A program made the position numbers and the translations under genes. From positions 41,412 through 105,411 of the forward strand of contig JAJZQY010000003.1 in assembly GCA_021806605.1 (NCBI GenBank): a stretch of DNA of 64,000 bases. The letters are read 5' to 3'. The stretch is from Pseudomonadota bacterium (GTDB lineage: Bacteria > Pseudomonadota > Gammaproteobacteria > Burkholderiales > JABEVD01). Position 1 is the stretch's first letter. Each line of letters starts with the position of its first letter. Below are positions 9,819 through 19,576 of this stretch, one piece after another. The notes under the pieces were generated by a model. It was not told the DNA's origin, ran no database searches, and worked only from the letters and a program-made list of their open reading frames with translations.

Positions 9819-11044
9819 TGAACAAGATCATTGCATGGGTCGACCAGCGTTTTCCCCTGACTTTTTTCATCAAGCACGAACTGACGGATTATCCGACCCC
9901 GAGGAATCTGAGCTATTGGTGGGGATTCGGTTTTCTGGCGGGATTCGTCCTCGTGATCCAGATCGTGACGGGGATTTTCCTTGCCATGCACTACAAGCCG
10001 GATTCGAATCTCGCCTTCGACTCGGTCCAGCACATCATGCGCGAAGTCAATTACGGCTGGCTGATCCGCTATCTGCATTCGACCGGGGCATCGGCCTTCT
10101 TTGCCGTGATTTACACCCATATGGCGAGAACTCTCTATTACGGCTCCTACAGACGCCCTCGCGAGCTGCTCTGGTGGACGGGACAGGGCCTGCTGCTCCT
10201 CATGATGGCCACGGCATTCATGGGTTATCTGCTCCCATGGGGACAGATGTCCTACTGGGGGGCGACGGTCATCACCAACCTGTTCAAGGCCACGCCCGTC
10301 TATGGCGATCAGATCGTGACCTGGCTCAGGGGCGGATTTGCAGTCGATGATCCGACGTTGACGCGCTTCTTTTCCTTGCACTATCTGTTCCCTTTCCTGA
10401 TTTTCGCTGCGGTTGCGATTCATCTGGTCGCTCTGCATACGGTGAGGAGCAGCAATCCTTCCGGCATCAATCTGGCCGACAAGGACAACATCCCGTTCCA
10501 CCCCTACTTCACGATCAAGGACCTGTTCGGGCTGGGCATTTTCATGATCGTCTATCTGCTCATCGTGTTCTTCAAGCCGGATCTCTTCATCGATGCGGCG
10601 AACAACATTCCGGCCAATCCCATGCAGACGCCGGCGGATATCGTTCCGGAGTGGTATTTTCTGCCCTTCTACGCGATTTTGCGCTCCGTTCCCGATCTTG
10701 CGGGGGGGGTGGTCGCGATGGCGATATCCGTGCTGATTTTCGCAGCCATGCCCTATCTGGACAGATCCAGGGTGACAGGGGGGGCGAGATACAGGCCGAT
10801 CTATCGCGCGATGTTCTACATTTTCGTGATCGATATCTTCGTTCTGGGCTACGTCGGGGCCCATCCGCCGGCCGGGACGCTGAAAATGGTCGGGGAAGTT
10901 TGCACGGCGATCTACTTCCTGACCTTCCTGCTTCTGCCTTTCGTATCGAGATGGGAAGAAAAATTCGTGCTGGCGAGAGGATTGCCTCCGGCAGTGGAAG
11001 CGATGGCAAGAAAAGAAATTGCGGAGGCTGAAGGCAATGTCTAA
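9815..11044 (+). CDS. petB: cytochrome b
   Basis: Contains NLSYWWGFG, RYLHSTGAS and PEWYFLPFYAILR. Overlaps the petA stop by 4 nt. Confidence 0.95.
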   Translation: MMNKIIAWVDQRFPLTFFIKHELTDYPTPRNLSYWWGFGFLAGFVLVIQIVTGIFLAMHYKPDSNLAFDSVQHIMREVNYGWLIRYLHSTGASAFFAVIYTHMARTLYYGSYRRPRELLWWTGQGLLLLMMATAFMGYLLPWGQMSYWGATVITNLFKATPVYGDQIVTWLRGGFAVDDPTLTRFFSLHYLFPFLIFAAVAIHLVALHTVRSSNPSGINLADKDNIPFHPYFTIKDLFGLGIFMIVYLLIVFFKPDLFIDAANNIPANPMQTPADIVPEWYFLPFYAILRSVPDLAGGVVAMAISVLIFAAMPYLDRSRVTGGARYRPIYRAMFYIFVIDIFVLGYVGAHPPAGTLKMVGEVCTAIYFLTFLLLPFVSRWEEKFVLARGLPPAVEAMARKEIAEAEGNV

Positions 11045-11648
11045 CAACAAACTGTTCGGGCTCATTTTCTGCCTGATGTTTTCTGCGGGATCTGCCCAGG
11101 CTGACGAGGCTCAGCTCAAGCGCGGGGCGCATGTCGCTGTCGAAGTCTGCAATACCTGCCACAGCCTGAAATACCTCAAGTACAGCGATTTCTTGAAGCT
11201 GGGTTTCAGCAAGGCCGAAGTCGATGCGATGCGCGGAACCAAGGGCATGGCGGATCCGTTGATTTCCCAGATGGCGCCGGCGGACGAGCTTGCCATGTTC
11301 AGCACCGTACCTCCAGATCTTTCCCTGATGGCCAAGGCCAGGGATGGCGGGGCGAATTACATTTATGCCATGATCACCGGATTCTACACGGATGCCAAGG
11401 GGCAGACCGCCAACCATGTCTTTCCCGGGATCAAGATGCCGGACGTGTTCATGATTGCCCAGGCGGATGCTGCGGGGCGCCAGGGCATCGAGCAGAAGGC
11501 GAGGGATGTCTCGGCGTTCCTGGAATGGGCCTCCGACCCCCAGGCCGAGGAAAGAAAGACGCTAGGCCGCTACGTGATCGGGTACTTCGTTTTCCTCACC
11601 GTGCTGCTCTATTTCCTCAAGAAGAAGATCTGGAAGAGGCTGGACTAG
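11037..11648 (+). CDS. petC: cytochrome c1
   Basis: Signal peptide, CNTCHSL heme motif and a C-terminal TM anchor (YVIGYFVFLTVLLYFL). ATG at 11037 follows GGAGG; the track ORF extends to 11019. Confidence 0.88.
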   Translation: MSNNKLFGLIFCLMFSAGSAQADEAQLKRGAHVAVEVCNTCHSLKYLKYSDFLKLGFSKAEVDAMRGTKGMADPLISQMAPADELAMFSTVPPDLSLMAKARDGGANYIYAMITGFYTDAKGQTANHVFPGIKMPDVFMIAQADAAGRQGIEQKARDVSAFLEWASDPQAEERKTLGRYVIGYFVFLTVLLYFLKKKIWKRLD

Positions 11649-11668
11649 CCGCAGCCTCCGGCAGACTG

Positions 11669-12523
11669 CTAGTCGAAAACCACGGTCTTGCTGCCATGGA
11701 CCAGCACCCTGTTTTCCAGGTGCCATCGCACCGCACGAGATAGCACGATTTTCTCCAGATCCCTGCCTTTCTGGATCAGATCTTCCAGTGCATCCCTGTG
11801 CGATACCCTGATCACGTCCTGTTCGACGATGGGACCTTCGTCTAGGATGTCGGTGACGTAATGAGCTGTCGCCCCGATCAGCTTCACTCCCCGGTCGAAC
11901 GCCCTGTGGTAGGGTTTCGCCCCGTGAAAGGCGGGCAGGAAGGAGTGGTGGATGTTGATGATCCTGTCCGAATATCGGGAAACGAAACCGCCCGAGAGCA
12001 CCTGCATGTACCTCGCCAGCACGATGAAATCCACGCCGTGTTTCTGCAGCAATTCGATCTGCTTCGCTTCCGCATCCAGCTTGCTTTCGGGGCTCACGGC
12101 AACGAAATGGAAGGGGATTCCGTAGAAGCCTGCGATGGATTCGGTTTCGGGATGGTTGCCTATGATCAGCGGAATGTCGCAATCCAGCTCCCCGCTTCTG
12201 TGGCGGTAAAGCAGATCGGCGAGGCAATGGTCGTAGCGCGACACGAAAATTGCCATGCGCCTCCTTGAATCAGAATCGGCAATCCGCCATTGCATGTCGA
12301 ATTTGTGGGCAAGCGGCCCGAAACGATGCCTGAATTCGCTCATGGGGAGGGCGAATCCGTCGAGATCCCATTCGATGCGCATCAGGAATAGGGTGCCTTC
12401 CTGGTGCTGGTCGGCGTGCAAGATGTTGGCGCCGTGCCCGTAAAGAAATTCCGAGATGCCCGCGACGAGCCCCTTCCTGTCCGGGCAGGTGACGAGCAGC
12501 GTGGCGGTTTTTCTTCTATGCAT
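11669..12523 (-). CDS. purU: formyltetrahydrofolate deformylase
   Basis: ACT-like N-terminus (LLVTCPDRKGLVAGISEFL) plus a formyltransferase core (IINIHHSFLPAFHGAKPY). Confidence 0.93.
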   Translation of the reverse strand: MHRRKTATLLVTCPDRKGLVAGISEFLYGHGANILHADQHQEGTLFLMRIEWDLDGFALPMSEFRHRFGPLAHKFDMQWRIADSDSRRRMAIFVSRYDHCLADLLYRHRSGELDCDIPLIIGNHPETESIAGFYGIPFHFVAVSPESKLDAEAKQIELLQKHGVDFIVLARYMQVLSGGFVSRYSDRIINIHHSFLPAFHGAKPYHRAFDRGVKLIGATAHYVTDILDEGPIVEQDVIRVSHRDALEDLIQKGRDLEKIVLSRAVRWHLENRVLVHGSKTVVFD

Positions 12524-13313
12524 GGAAGATTCGCTTCGAAAATGCCATTATACTGCTCGCAACACCATCAGGCGAAACGGATTGAAGAACCCTGCCCTTC
12601 GTGCGCTCCTCAGCCAGGCTGCTGCTTTCCTGCTTGTGGCTGCCGTTCTTTCCCCTGCCATCGACAGGATGGGCTGGAGAACGCCGCCGCTGCTTCCGGG
12701 ACTGCTCCAGGGGCTTCTGGCCTCGATCCCGTTCTTGCGTCGGGAAAGATGGTGGATTCCGATCCAGATATGCTTCCCGATCATGGTCTTGGTCGCCCTG
12801 TCGCTGCGGATCTCCTCCCATTGGTTCCTGATGGGCTTTCTGCTCTTGGGCATCATTTACTGGAATACTTTCCGGACCCGGGTTCCCCTCTATCTCACCG
12901 GCAGGGAGGTGGCAATGGAACTGTTGGCGCGGCTACCGGAGGGCAATTTCGAATTTGCGGACCTCGGTTCCGGGCTGGGCGGACTCGCTGCCGTGCTTGC
13001 CAAGGAAAAGCCTTGTGGCAGGTTTTTCGGCGTGGAAGTCGCACCGCTTCCTTTCCTGATCGGAAAGGCGAGATGCATGCATCTTCCCAACTGCAGGATG
13101 GCGTGGGGAAGCTACGAGAGAATCGATCTTTCGGGATTCGATTTCGTCTACGCCTTTCTTTCTCCGGTTCCCATGCCCGGACTTTTCGAGAAGGCGAGGC
13201 GGGAGATGAAGCCGGGTTCGGTTTTCGTCAGCAACAGCTTCGGCGTTCCTGGGGAGAAGGCCGACGAGACCGTGGTCGTCGGCGGCAGAACCCTTTATTT
13301 CTGGAAGATGTGA
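12522..13313 (+). CDS. membrane-anchored class I SAM-dependent methyltransferase
   Basis: N-terminal TM helices followed by SAM motif I (FADLGSGLGGLA). The start is uncertain: ATG 12522 overlaps the purU start, and an in-frame TTG at 12582 is an alternative. Confidence 0.75.
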   Translation: MEDSLRKCHYTARNTIRRNGLKNPALRALLSQAAAFLLVAAVLSPAIDRMGWRTPPLLPGLLQGLLASIPFLRRERWWIPIQICFPIMVLVALSLRISSHWFLMGFLLLGIIYWNTFRTRVPLYLTGREVAMELLARLPEGNFEFADLGSGLGGLAAVLAKEKPCGRFFGVEVAPLPFLIGKARCMHLPNCRMAWGSYERIDLSGFDFVYAFLSPVPMPGLFEKARREMKPGSVFVSNSFGVPGEKADETVVVGGRTLYFWKM

Positions 13314-13676
13314 CTAATCCCGATGGCTGGCGCGCCGCTCGAATATCGTTTCTATCCTGCGGCAAAGGCCGGAATCGATCGGCCCGCCGATTTCCGGATT
13401 GGCGAGCCAGAAGACCACTTCCCGCACCACGCCTTCTTCCCCGAATTCGAATGCGACATCTTCGCGGCCTTCCAGGCGGCTCGCCCATGCGGCTACCTGG
13501 GCTGCATTCAGGGTGCCTTCCCCCATCAGCCTGAGGACGGAAAAGATATGGGATTTGGTGACATGGGCGAGCGCCCTATCGCAGGCATGCCCGTAATTGC
13601 CGAGTTCCTCGATGAGCTGCGGGTCGGGAAGCGGGTTGCAGATCAGTTCCGAAACGAGAAAAGCCCTGTCGCGCAT
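13314..13676 (-). CDS. hypothetical protein
   Basis: 120-aa ORF with host-like codon bias and no family I recognise. Its stop abuts the stop of the convergent methyltransferase. Confidence 0.5.
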   Translation of the reverse strand: MRDRAFLVSELICNPLPDPQLIEELGNYGHACDRALAHVTKSHIFSVLRLMGEGTLNAAQVAAWASRLEGREDVAFEFGEEGVVREVVFWLANPEIGGPIDSGLCRRIETIFERRASHRD

Positions 13677-13806
13677 GGTCCCCTCCAGGTCTGCCGATTC
13701 TGTCTATAGCGTTAATATAATTCCTTCGGCAATTCAAAGCAATGGGGGGTACACTTTGGGGTTACTCGGCTCGAACCCTGAACCATCTGCGTGGATTTCT
13801 GCGGCC

Positions 13807-14934
13807 TCACAAACTCGGGCTGAAGTAGGACATGCCCAAAACGAAGATATGGACATAGGTTTCGTACAGCACGGCCGACAACGAAAGGATGGAAAGCCCT
13901 GTCACAAAATTCATCTTGCGCTTTTCTAGAGCGGTCAATTCGCCGCTGTCGAACCGACGCCGACGGGAATTTCCCTGCTTGACGACATACAGGTTGATGA
14001 TCGCGCCCGTCACGGCAAAGAGCTGCAGGGGGATTCTGATCTGCGCCGCATCCAGCGCGTGCAATGTCGGACCGAGCGAGCTCATCAGCGCGCCAAGGCC
14101 GAGGGCGATTGCAAGCGGGCTGAGCGTGCTCGCCACGGCGCATGGGACGCCGAAAATGGTGAACAGCACCGTGCCCAATCCGACTCGCTGCCGCGTGACG
14201 AGCGGGTCGGCTTGCCTGACCGGGATCGCAGCGGATTCGCGATCCAGTTTCCCGATGCGGTAAGCCGTTACGGGTTCGGCAAATCCCCGCACCGCCAAGG
14301 TCTCCGGGGCGAGATCGGGATAATCTCCGGCCACCTGACGGAAGGCCCTTTCTTCCACGATCACCTCTCCGGGCTTGGCGAAGGCTTCGAGCCTTGATGC
14401 GAGGTTGACCACATCCCCTATGGCGGTATAGTCCTTTCGATCCGTCGAACCCAATCGCCCGACTCGCGCATAACCGCTTGCAACCCCGGCGCGCGCCTGC
14501 AAATCGAATCCCAGGGCTTGGGAGACGGATTTCAGTCCTTCCTGAATGCCGAGCGCAGCGGTGGTCGCCCCGCGGGCGTGTTCGGCATTCGGGATCGGGG
14601 CATTGAAGATGGCCATGACGGCGTCCCCGATGTACTTGTCGATGAATGCGTCGTTCCTGGTCAGCACCTCGTTGGTCATTTTGAAGAATGCCTCCACCAC
14701 CTCGTAGCTTCGTTCGGGACCCAGGCGGTTGGTCATCTCGGTAAAACCGGTCAGGTCGGCAAATATCACGGACAGTTCGATGACCCGGCCTTCCTGCATG
14801 TGCGCATCGCAGCGATTGCAAATATTGGGATTGCGCGTACTGCGCGTGATCCCGAACAAGTGGAAGAGTCCGCCCAGCGGACCATCGAGCGTCGTCCCGC
14901 ACACCAGGCATTGATGGGCCATTTTGTAGGTCAT
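13807..14934 (-). CDS. class III adenylate/guanylate cyclase with N-terminal zinc ribbon and C-terminal 4-TM anchor
   Basis: CLVCG...CNRCDAH zinc ribbon, then a cyclase core (VIFADLTGFTEMTNRLG, FIDKYIGDAVMAIFNAP, GYARVGRLGS, YTAIGDVVNLASRLE), then four hydrophobic helices. Confidence 0.88.
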   Translation of the reverse strand: MTYKMAHQCLVCGTTLDGPLGGLFHLFGITRSTRNPNICNRCDAHMQEGRVIELSVIFADLTGFTEMTNRLGPERSYEVVEAFFKMTNEVLTRNDAFIDKYIGDAVMAIFNAPIPNAEHARGATTAALGIQEGLKSVSQALGFDLQARAGVASGYARVGRLGSTDRKDYTAIGDVVNLASRLEAFAKPGEVIVEERAFRQVAGDYPDLAPETLAVRGFAEPVTAYRIGKLDRESAAIPVRQADPLVTRQRVGLGTVLFTIFGVPCAVASTLSPLAIALGLGALMSSLGPTLHALDAAQIRIPLQLFAVTGAIINLYVVKQGNSRRRRFDSGELTALEKRKMNFVTGLSILSLSAVLYETYVHIFVLGMSYFSPSL

Positions 14935-14949
14935 GCGATTCTCCAGTGC

Positions 14950-15342
14950 CTAAAGCGGCGCATCTTGCCCAGGTCGAATCCCTTGCAGGAAGAATTCGCC
15001 CATCCAGCGGCCGTTTCGATAGTCGATGATGAGTCGCTTCGGAACGAAGGCCTCCGCCCTGACTATGGCAAAATCTTCCAGGGGCGGCTCTCCTTCCGCT
15101 TCACTGACGCGGCAAGCTCTGGTCATCACCGGACGAAAGCCGATTTTCAACTGCGGAGCGGCGGCGGCAAAGATCTTTGCCTGCGCATCGTTCCCGAAGC
15201 GGACCGACTTTCTGATCAGGCAACTGAAATACAGTTCCATTTCGACCAGCAGGGGTTCTGCAAGGCTGTGCAGTTTCCTGTCGGCTGAGGAACTCCACTC
15301 CACCAAGACTTTCTTCCCGAGAATCTCGACTGTGCTCTGCAT
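14950..15342 (-). CDS. hypothetical protein (co-oriented, 15 nt upstream of the cyclase)
   Basis: 130-aa ORF with no recognisable motif. The tight spacing to the cyclase suggests co-transcription. Confidence 0.55.
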   Translation of the reverse strand: MQSTVEILGKKVLVEWSSSADRKLHSLAEPLLVEMELYFSCLIRKSVRFGNDAQAKIFAAAAPQLKIGFRPVMTRACRVSEAEGEPPLEDFAIVRAEAFVPKRLIIDYRNGRWMGEFFLQGIRPGQDAPL

Positions 15343-15376
15343 GATCAGTCATCCGCTGGTTCGTGGAGGATGCTTC

Positions 15377-17338
15377 CTATAGGGCTTGTTTCAACTGGTC
15401 GAGAATCGCGGGGTTTTCCAGGGTGGAAACGTCCTGGGTGATTTCCTCCCCCCTGGCGAGCGTGCGAAGGAGGCGCCGCATGATCTTGCCGGAGCGCGTC
15501 TTGGGCAGATTCTCTCCGAAGCGGATGTCGTCCGGCTTTGCGATCGGCCCGATTTCGCTGCCCACCCATTCCCTGAGTTTTGCAGCGATTTCCTTCGCTT
15601 TCTGGCTGTCCGGCCGCTCGCCTTTGAGCACGACGAAGGCGACGATGGCCTCCCCCTTGATCTCGTGCGGCTTTCCCACCACGGCGGCTTCGGCGACGAG
15701 CGGATTGGCGACCAGCGCCGACTCGATTTCCATGGTGCCCAGGCGATGCCCGGAGACGTTCAGCACGTCGTCTATTCGCCCCATGATCCAGAAATAGCCT
15801 TCCCCGTCGCAATTCGCGGAATCCCCGGAAAGATACAACCTTCCACCCATTTCTTCCGGGAAGTAGGTGTGCCTGTATCTCTCCGGATCGTTCCAGATTG
15901 TCCTCAGCTGCGAGGGAAAGGGGCGCTTGATGACGAGAAATCCGCCCCTGCCCGCTGCCACTTCGTGCCCCGCTTCGTCCACTATGGCGGCCTGGATTCC
16001 GGGCAGAGGGAAGGTGCAGGAACCGGGTTTGAGCACCGCTGCGCCAGGGAGCGGCGCGAGCAGATGGCTTCCCGTTTCCGTCTGCCACCAGGTGTCGACG
16101 AGCGGGCAGCGCTTCTGCCCGACGGTTTCGAAATACCACATCCAGGCTTCCGGATTGATGGGTTCCCCGACCGAGCCCAGCAGCCTCAGGGAAGAGAGAT
16201 CGTAGCTTTTCGGCAAATCCGCGCCCAGCTTGATGAGCGAGCGGATCGCGGTGGGGGCGGTATAGAAAGTCGTGACCCGGTGATCCTGGATGATCTTCCA
16301 GAAGCGCCCCGCATCGGGGTAGGTGGGCACTCCTTCGAAAATGACCTGGGTCGAGCCGACAGCGAGCGGCCCGTAGGCGACATAGGAATGCCCGGTGATC
16401 CAGCCCACATCCGCCGTGCACCAGAACACGTCGGAATCCTTGTGATCGAACACCCATTTCATGGTGAGCATCGCTCCCAGGAGGTAGCCGCCGGTGGCAT
16501 GCTGCACCCCTTTCGGTTTTCCCGTGGAGCCGGAAGTGTAGAGGATGAAGAGAGGATGCTCGGCATTCACCCATTCCGGTTCGCAGTGCGGGTCCTGCTT
16601 CGAGACCAGTTCTTGCCAGCGGATGTCACGTCCTTCGACCCAGGCAACCTGTGCGCCGGCCCGTTCGTAGACGACGACTTTTTCGACGCTCGACGCGCCC
16701 ATGGCAAGCGCTTCGTCCACGGCATCCTTGAGATGCACTGCCTTTCCGCCGCGCATTCCCGCATCTGCCGTGATCACGACTTTCGCTCCGGCATCGGTGA
16801 CGCGCTCGTGCAGGCTTTTTGCGGAAAATCCGCCGAATACCACGGAATGGATTGCGCCTATCCTGGCGCAGGCCTGCATCGCAACCACCGCTTCGATGCT
16901 CATGGGCATATAGACGATGACCCTGTCGCCCTTTCCGACCCCGATCATTTTGAGGCCGTTGGCCATTTTGCACACCGCGGCATGCAGTTCCCGATAGGTG
17001 ATTCTGGCAACCTTGCCGTCGTCGGCCTCGAAGACGATGGCGGTCTTGTCTCCCCTGCTGTCGAGATGGCGGTCGAGGCAATTGTAGGAAACGTTGAGCT
17101 CCCCGTCGTCGAACCAGGTGTAGAAGGGGGCTTTCGATTCGTCCAGGATCCGGGTGAAGGGTTTTTTCCACAGGATGTGTTCGCGGGCGAGCCTTCCCCA
17201 AAATCCGGCATAGTCAGCTTCCGCCTCGCGACAGAGCGCCCGGTAGGCTTCCATCCCGGGCACGTTGGCATTTTTCGAAAACGATTCGCTCGGCGGGAAA
17301 GCGCGGGTTTCGTGCATGACGGATTCGATCGTGGCCAT
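15377..17338 (-). CDS. acs: acetate--CoA ligase (acetyl-CoA synthetase)
   Basis: Contains [18 protein letters not shown], the ...SGHRLGT... segment and the [11 protein letters not shown] tail. The ATG at 17338 follows GGAGAAG; the track ORF extends to 17383. Confidence 0.95.
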   Translation of the reverse strand: MATIESVMHETRAFPPSESFSKNANVPGMEAYRALCREAEADYAGFWGRLAREHILWKKPFTRILDESKAPFYTWFDDGELNVSYNCLDRHLDSRGDKTAIVFEADDGKVARITYRELHAAVCKMANGLKMIGVGKGDRVIVYMPMSIEAVVAMQACARIGAIHSVVFGGFSAKSLHERVTDAGAKVVITADAGMRGGKAVHLKDAVDEALAMGASSVEKVVVYERAGAQVAWVEGRDIRWQELVSKQDPHCEPEWVNAEHPLFILYTSGSTGKPKGVQHATGGYLLGAMLTMKWVFDHKDSDVFWCTADVGWITGHSYVAYGPLAVGSTQVIFEGVPTYPDAGRFWKIIQDHRVTTFYTAPTAIRSLIKLGADLPKSYDLSSLRLLGSVGEPINPEAWMWYFETVGQKRCPLVDTWWQTETGSHLLAPLPGAAVLKPGSCTFPLPGIQAAIVDEAGHEVAAGRGGFLVIKRPFPSQLRTIWNDPERYRHTYFPEEMGGRLYLSGDSANCDGEGYFWIMGRIDDVLNVSGHRLGTMEIESALVANPLVAEAAVVGKPHEIKGEAIVAFVVLKGERPDSQKAKEIAAKLREWVGSEIGPIAKPDDIRFGENLPKTRSGKIMRRLLRTLARGEEITQDVSTLENPAILDQLKQAL

Positions 17339-17404
17339 ATGCTTCTCCATGGGATAGACAAGGGGATTATAATGCAAAGCCATGGCTCATTTCAGGTCGG
17401 ACAC

Positions 17405-18895
17405 ATGATCAGGGAAGAAGATTTCATAGAAAGCATTGCCGCCGCATTGCAGCACATGTCCTATTACCATTCGCCGGACTTCGTCAGGGCGATGGGGGAT
17501 GCCTATGCAATGGAGCAGTCTCCCGCGGCAAGGGACGCCATCGCCCAGATCATTACCAATTCCAGGCTTTGCGCGGAGCACCATCGACCTATCTGCCAGG
17601 ACACCGGCATCGTCGTGGTTTTCCTGAAAATAGGCATGGATGTCAGGTGGGATGCCAGAAGCAGCGTGCTCGACATGGTGAGCGAGGGCGTGAGGCGCGC
17701 CTATCTGGATCCGCAAAACATCCTCAGGGCTTCCATTGTCATGGACCCTGCAGGCTCCCGAAAGAACACCCGGGACAATACCCCTGCCGTGGTCCACATG
17801 GAAATCGTGCCGGGAGAAGGCGTCGAGGTGAAGATCGCGGCCAAGGGAGGGGGTTCGGAGAACAAGGCGAAGCTTGCCATGCTCAATCCCGGGGAGGACA
17901 TTGTGCAATGGGTCCTCGATGCGGTCGATGGCATGGGGGCCGGTTGGTGCCCGCCTGGCATGCTCGGGATAGGGATAGGGGGAACAGCGGAAAAAGCGGT
18001 ATTGCTTGCCAAGGAGGCGCTTTTCGAGCCCGTCGACATGGCAGAGCTGAAGGCGCGCGGGGCGAAAAACGCCCTGGAAGCGATGCGCATCGAGCTCTTC
18101 GACAGAATCAACGCGCTCGGAATCGGCGCCCAGGGTCTCGGAGGGCTTTCCACCGTGCTGGACGTCAAGATACTGGATTATCCGACCCATGCCGCATCCC
18201 TTCCTGTTGCGGTGATCCCGAATTGCGCGGCGACCCGTCATGCCCATTTTTTCCTGGACGGGAATGGACCTGTCTATCTCCCTGTTCCGAAAGCCTCAGA
18301 CTGGCCGGATATCGAATGGCGCGCCGATTTTTCTTCGAGGCGGGTAAATCTGGATACGATCACGAAAGAGGAAATGCGATCCTGGAAACCCGGCGAAAAG
18401 CTGCTTCTTTCCGGGAAAATGCTGACTGGGCGCGATGCCGCCCACAGGCGAATCAGCAAGATGATTGCGCAGGGGGAGAAGCTGCCCGTGGATTTTTCGG
18501 GGAGATTCATCTACTACGTGGGACCTGTCGATCCCGTCGCAGGAGAAGTGGTCGGTCCTGCAGGCCCTACCACCGCGACCCGGATGGATGCCTATACCGA
18601 GGCGATGCTGGAATTGGGGCTGCTGGGAATGATCGGCAAGGCCGAGCGGGGAGCGGATGCGATAGCATCGATCAGAAAGCATGGCGCGGTCTATCTCGTC
18701 GCGGTGGGAGGCGCAGCCTATCTGGTCTCGCGCGCGATCAGGCAGGCCAGGGTCGCGGCGTTCGAAGACCTCGGCATGGAAGCCATATACGAATTCGAGG
18801 TCGAGGATATGCCGGTCACGGTTGCGGTCGATTCGCTGGGCAATTCGATTCATCGAGAAGGCCCGGCCAAGTGGCGAAAATTTGGTATAATCTGA
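17405..18895 (+). CDS. fumA: class I (Fe-S) fumarate hydratase, single-chain type
   Basis: From MIREEDFIESIAAALQ...; contains ICQDTGIVVVFLKIG and the C-terminal beta-subunit-like domain. The track ORF is artificially extended 5' through the antisense of acs. Confidence 0.92.
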   Translation: MIREEDFIESIAAALQHMSYYHSPDFVRAMGDAYAMEQSPAARDAIAQIITNSRLCAEHHRPICQDTGIVVVFLKIGMDVRWDARSSVLDMVSEGVRRAYLDPQNILRASIVMDPAGSRKNTRDNTPAVVHMEIVPGEGVEVKIAAKGGGSENKAKLAMLNPGEDIVQWVLDAVDGMGAGWCPPGMLGIGIGGTAEKAVLLAKEALFEPVDMAELKARGAKNALEAMRIELFDRINALGIGAQGLGGLSTVLDVKILDYPTHAASLPVAVIPNCAATRHAHFFLDGNGPVYLPVPKASDWPDIEWRADFSSRRVNLDTITKEEMRSWKPGEKLLLSGKMLTGRDAAHRRISKMIAQGEKLPVDFSGRFIYYVGPVDPVAGEVVGPAGPTTATRMDAYTEAMLELGLLGMIGKAERGADAIASIRKHGAVYLVAVGGAAYLVSRAIRQARVAAFEDLGMEAIYEFEVEDMPVTVAVDSLGNSIHREGPAKWRKFGII

Positions 18896-18902
18896 CCCTT
18901 AT

Positions 18903-19002
18903 GGCGGGTCTCCCCGCATTGTACGGTAGCGAACCTGGTCAGGTCCGGAAGGAAGCAGCCACAGCTATTCTATGCAAGTGCCGGGGGTCGGGCTCGCCAC
19001 CC
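18903..19002 (+). ncRNA. ffs: signal recognition particle RNA (4.5S, small type)
   Basis: Contains the invariant domain IV core CCUGGUCAGGUCCGGAAGGAAGCAGCC. The 5' GGCGGGUC and 3' GGGCUCGCC ends can pair. Ends are approximate to within a few nt. Confidence 0.85.
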
Positions 19003-19036
19003 GATTCCTGAAATGTGATTCCATTACTTTGAGTCA

Positions 19037-19576
19037 TTGAACTTTATGAAAAAAATATTGCTTCTGGTATTGATGGCCGTGCCCGGCGCGGCCTTTGCAG
19101 TGGACAGCGTTTCCGTCGAGGATGGGAACGGCAATGCCACCGACATGATGCGCGCCGGCGTGCAGTGGGACTGGCAGAAGAGATGGTTGGACAACGGCGA
19201 CTGGCATCTCGGCGGCTTCTGGGATGCGTCCATAGGCGAATGGCGGGGGCACGCCGCGATAGGGGGCAACCAGAAGGTTACCGATTTCGGGCTCACGCCG
19301 GTGTTCCGCTACCAGAGAAACAGCAGCGTCTTCGGGATACTGCCTTATGTCGAGGGTGCGATCGGATTCCATCTGATTTCCCCGACCTTCATCAATTCGG
19401 ACAGGAAGTTCGGCTCGGCATTCGAATTCGGCGACCATGTCGGCGCGGGGTTCCGCTTCGGGAGCAGGGAGCAGTACGATCTCACCTACCGCTTCCAGCA
19501 TCTTTCCAACGGCGGAATCAAGAAACCGAACCAGGGCATCAATTTCAACCAGATCCGCCTCGCCTACCACTTTTAA
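19037..19576 (+). CDS. pagL: acyloxyacyl hydrolase / lipid A 3-O-deacylase (PagL family) outer-membrane protein
   Basis: Signal peptide KKILLLVLMAVPGAAFA, beta-barrel-like alternation, an H-x-S-N motif (FQHLSNGG) and a terminal aromatic residue (AYHF). Alternative ATG at 19046. Confidence 0.8.
   Translation: MNFMKKILLLVLMAVPGAAFAVDSVSVEDGNGNATDMMRAGVQWDWQKRWLDNGDWHLGGFWDASIGEWRGHAAIGGNQKVTDFGLTPVFRYQRNSSVFGILPYVEGAIGFHLISPTFINSDRKFGSAFEFGDHVGAGFRFGSREQYDLTYRFQHLSNGGIKKPNQGINFNQIRLAYHF

Noticed and set aside
13314-15342. Pycsar/CBASS-like antiphage cyclase system
   Set aside because: No adjacent effector with a cNMP-binding, TIR, patatin or pore-forming-only module. The cyclase itself carries the TM helices. 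The flanking small proteins have no effector motifs, and there are no other defence genes nearby.
15386-18895. 1169-aa ORF on the plus strand
   Set aside because: This is a chimera. Its first two-thirds or so is the stop-free antisense frame of acs, with low-complexity Arg/Gly/Pro-rich text and no domain. Only the part from ATG 17405 matches class I fumarase. It is a GC3-driven artefact.
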